From contig CAVYSW010000011.1 of the NCBI GenBank assembly GCA_963771275.1, positions 1-64,000 of the forward strand: a stretch of DNA of 64,000 nucleotides, in the 5' to 3' direction. The position numbers and the translations under genes were made by a program. Below the pieces are notes generated by a model. That model had not been told where the DNA came from, did no database searches, and worked only from the letters and a program-made list of their open reading frames with translations. This document shows, one piece after another, positions 62,354 through 64,000 of this stretch. How positions within the stretch are numbered: position 1 is the stretch's first letter; each line of letters opens with the position of its first letter. This DNA is from an uncultured Gemmatimonadales bacterium. GTDB lineage: Bacteria > Gemmatimonadota > Gemmatimonadetes > Gemmatimonadales > GWC2-71-9.

Positions 62354-63469
62354 ATGGCGTTCGTCCCCTTCGCCCTTGAGCGGTGGCAGAGCACCTGGGA
62401 ACACCAGGTGCGCATCAACCTGTCGGAGAGCGGCGTGCACGCGCTCTCGGTGGGTGAGCTCCTGGCGCTGGCCGGTGAGACGCCCGCCGTGCTGGCGGAC
62501 AAGCGGCTGGTCTACAGCCAGTCGGACGGCAGCCCCGAGCTGCGCCGCGCCGTCGCCGACCTGTACCCCGGCGCCGCTCCCGAGGACGTCACCATCACCA
62601 CCGGCAGCGCCGAGGCCAACTTCATCGCCTGCTGGGCGCTGCTCGAGCCCGGCGATCGCGTGGCGATCCAGGCACCGACCTACATGCAGATCTGGGGACT
62701 CGGCCAGAACGCCGGCGTGCGCGTGACGCCGTTCTGGCTCAAGCCCGATCGCGGCTGGGAACCCGACCCCGACGAGGTCACGCGCGCGATCGCGCCGGGC
62801 ACGAAGCTCGTGGTCGTCACCGACCCCAACAACCCCACCGGACACGTGCTGTCCCGCGCGGCCCGCGAGTTGATCGTCGCCCGGACCCGCGCAGTCGGGG
62901 CCTGGCTGCTGGTGGACGAGGTGTATCGGGGCGCCGAGCTGGATGGCGCGACGACCCCGAGCTGGTGGGGCGGCTATGAGCGGCTGATCATCGTGAACGG
63001 CCTGTCAAAGGCCTTCGGCCTGCCGGGGCTCCGCATCGGCTGGATCCTCGGTCCCCCCCAGCTGAAGCGCCCGCTGTTCGAGCGCCACGACTACACCGTG
63101 ATTGGGCCAAGCCCCGTCTCCGACTACCTCGCCAGCCGCGCGCTCGCGGTGCGCGAGCGCATCTTCGAGCGGACGCGCGGGATTCTCCACACCAACTACC
63201 CCGTGCTGGCCGACTGGCTGGCGAGCTTCGACGGGCTGTTCGACTGGCGGCAGCCGGACTGCGGCGCGATCTGCTTCGTGCGGTATCGCAGTCCCCTCTC
63301 CGCGCTGGCGCTGGTGGAGCGGGTCCGCGCCGAGCTCGGCATCCTGCTCGTCCCGGGCGACCACTTTGCGATGCCGGGGCACCTCCGGTTGGGCTACGGC
63401 AACCCCACGGGCGAGCTCCGCACCGCGCTCAACGACCTCCGCCCCTGGTTCGCGACGCTGCAGCGATAG
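62354..63469 (+). CDS. PLP-dependent aminotransferase class I/II
   Basis: NLSESG, PNNPTG, DEVY, LSKAFGLPGLRIGW. Confidence 0.93.
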   Translation: MAFVPFALERWQSTWEHQVRINLSESGVHALSVGELLALAGETPAVLADKRLVYSQSDGSPELRRAVADLYPGAAPEDVTITTGSAEANFIACWALLEPGDRVAIQAPTYMQIWGLGQNAGVRVTPFWLKPDRGWEPDPDEVTRAIAPGTKLVVVTDPNNPTGHVLSRAARELIVARTRAVGAWLLVDEVYRGAELDGATTPSWWGGYERLIIVNGLSKAFGLPGLRIGWILGPPQLKRPLFERHDYTVIGPSPVSDYLASRALAVRERIFERTRGILHTNYPVLADWLASFDGLFDWRQPDCGAICFVRYRSPLSALALVERVRAELGILLVPGDHFAMPGHLRLGYGNPTGELRTALNDLRPWFATLQR

Positions 63470-63531
63470 CCGATAGCCGATGGCCGTTAGCCGACTGAGT
63501 CACGCTGCACGCTGCACGCTATACGCTGCGC
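63464..63531. repeat. Hybrid 7-bp arrays: (CGATAGC)x4 followed by (CACGCTR)x4
   Basis: CGATAGCCGATAGCCGATGGCCGTTAGCCGA then CACGCTGCACGCTGCACGCTATACGCTG. Confidence 0.8.
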
Positions 63532-63539
63532 GTGCAGTC

Positions 63540-63968
63540 CTAGGCCGGCTGCCCGCAGTACGTCGCGAACGCTGCCACCAGGTCTCCGGCGATCGCCGGG
63601 GCGTCGCGACCCTCGATGTCCTTGCGCTCGAGCATGTGGAGCAGCCGCCCGTTCTTGAGCAGGGCAATCTGCGGCGAGGAGGGTGGGTACCCCTCGAAGT
63701 ACTCGCGCGCCCGGGCGGTCGCGTCGAGGTCCATCCCGGCGAACACCGTCGTGAGATGGTCCGGCTTGATCGCGCCACGCAGCGCGAGCGTCACACCCGG
63801 CCGGGCCTTGCCGGCGGCGCAGCCGCACACGGAGTTCACGACCAGCAGCACCGTCGCGTTCTTCACCGCCAGGGCCCGATCCACGTCCTCGGGCGTGCGC
63901 AACTCGTTGAAGCCGATCCGGGTGAGATCGTCCCGCATCGGCTGGACTACGGTGGGATCGTATCGCAC
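63540..63968 (-). CDS. BrxA/BrxB (YphP/YqiW) bacilliredoxin
   Basis: VNSVCGCAAGKARP, TVFAG, PPSSP..AL, IEG. GGAGG RBS favours the GTG at 63968. Confidence 0.92.
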   Translation of the reverse strand: MRYDPTVVQPMRDDLTRIGFNELRTPEDVDRALAVKNATVLLVVNSVCGCAAGKARPGVTLALRGAIKPDHLTTVFAGMDLDATARAREYFEGYPPSSPQIALLKNGRLLHMLERKDIEGRDAPAIAGDLVAAFATYCGQPA

Positions 63969-64000
63969 AGCGTGCACCTCCCGCGCAGCGCTAATCCGAG

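Overview
This is a high-GC (~70% by eye) bacterial chromosomal window. Gene content and style suggest Gemmatimonadota (inference): many secreted Gly-rich peptidases, lipoproteins, a BrxA/B bacilliredoxin and a carboxypeptidase-domain TonB receptor. About 50 CDS are supported. They include a UvrD helicase with an inserted DEDDh exonuclease, a COG2403 GTPase-like protein (candidate arginine synthetase ArcE family), hisN, an IorAB-like molybdoenzyme, queF/queC/queE, six peptidases (M28, M19, two M1, S9, tricorn S41), an ECF sigma/FecR-like/cytochrome c operon, alpha-2-macroglobulin plus pbpC, and a TonB receptor. Many genes at 23.9-35 kb, 42-47 kb and ~59 kb are split by single-base frameshifts, most likely sequencing indels. 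No rRNA, tRNA, CRISPR array or intact mobile element was recognised. Main leads: (1) a lower-GC islet (~29.2-31.6 kb) encoding a six-Cys secreted micro-peptide, a beta-propeller lipoprotein and a third coupled gene cut by an IS3 remnant; (2) a dispersed set of 7-, 8- and 9-bp tandem/inverted intergenic repeats, several of which overlap the stop codons of adjacent genes; (3) a small HTH gene bracketed by a ~26-bp inverted repeat, lying between two kinase-less response regulators; (4) the helicase-exonuclease fusion.
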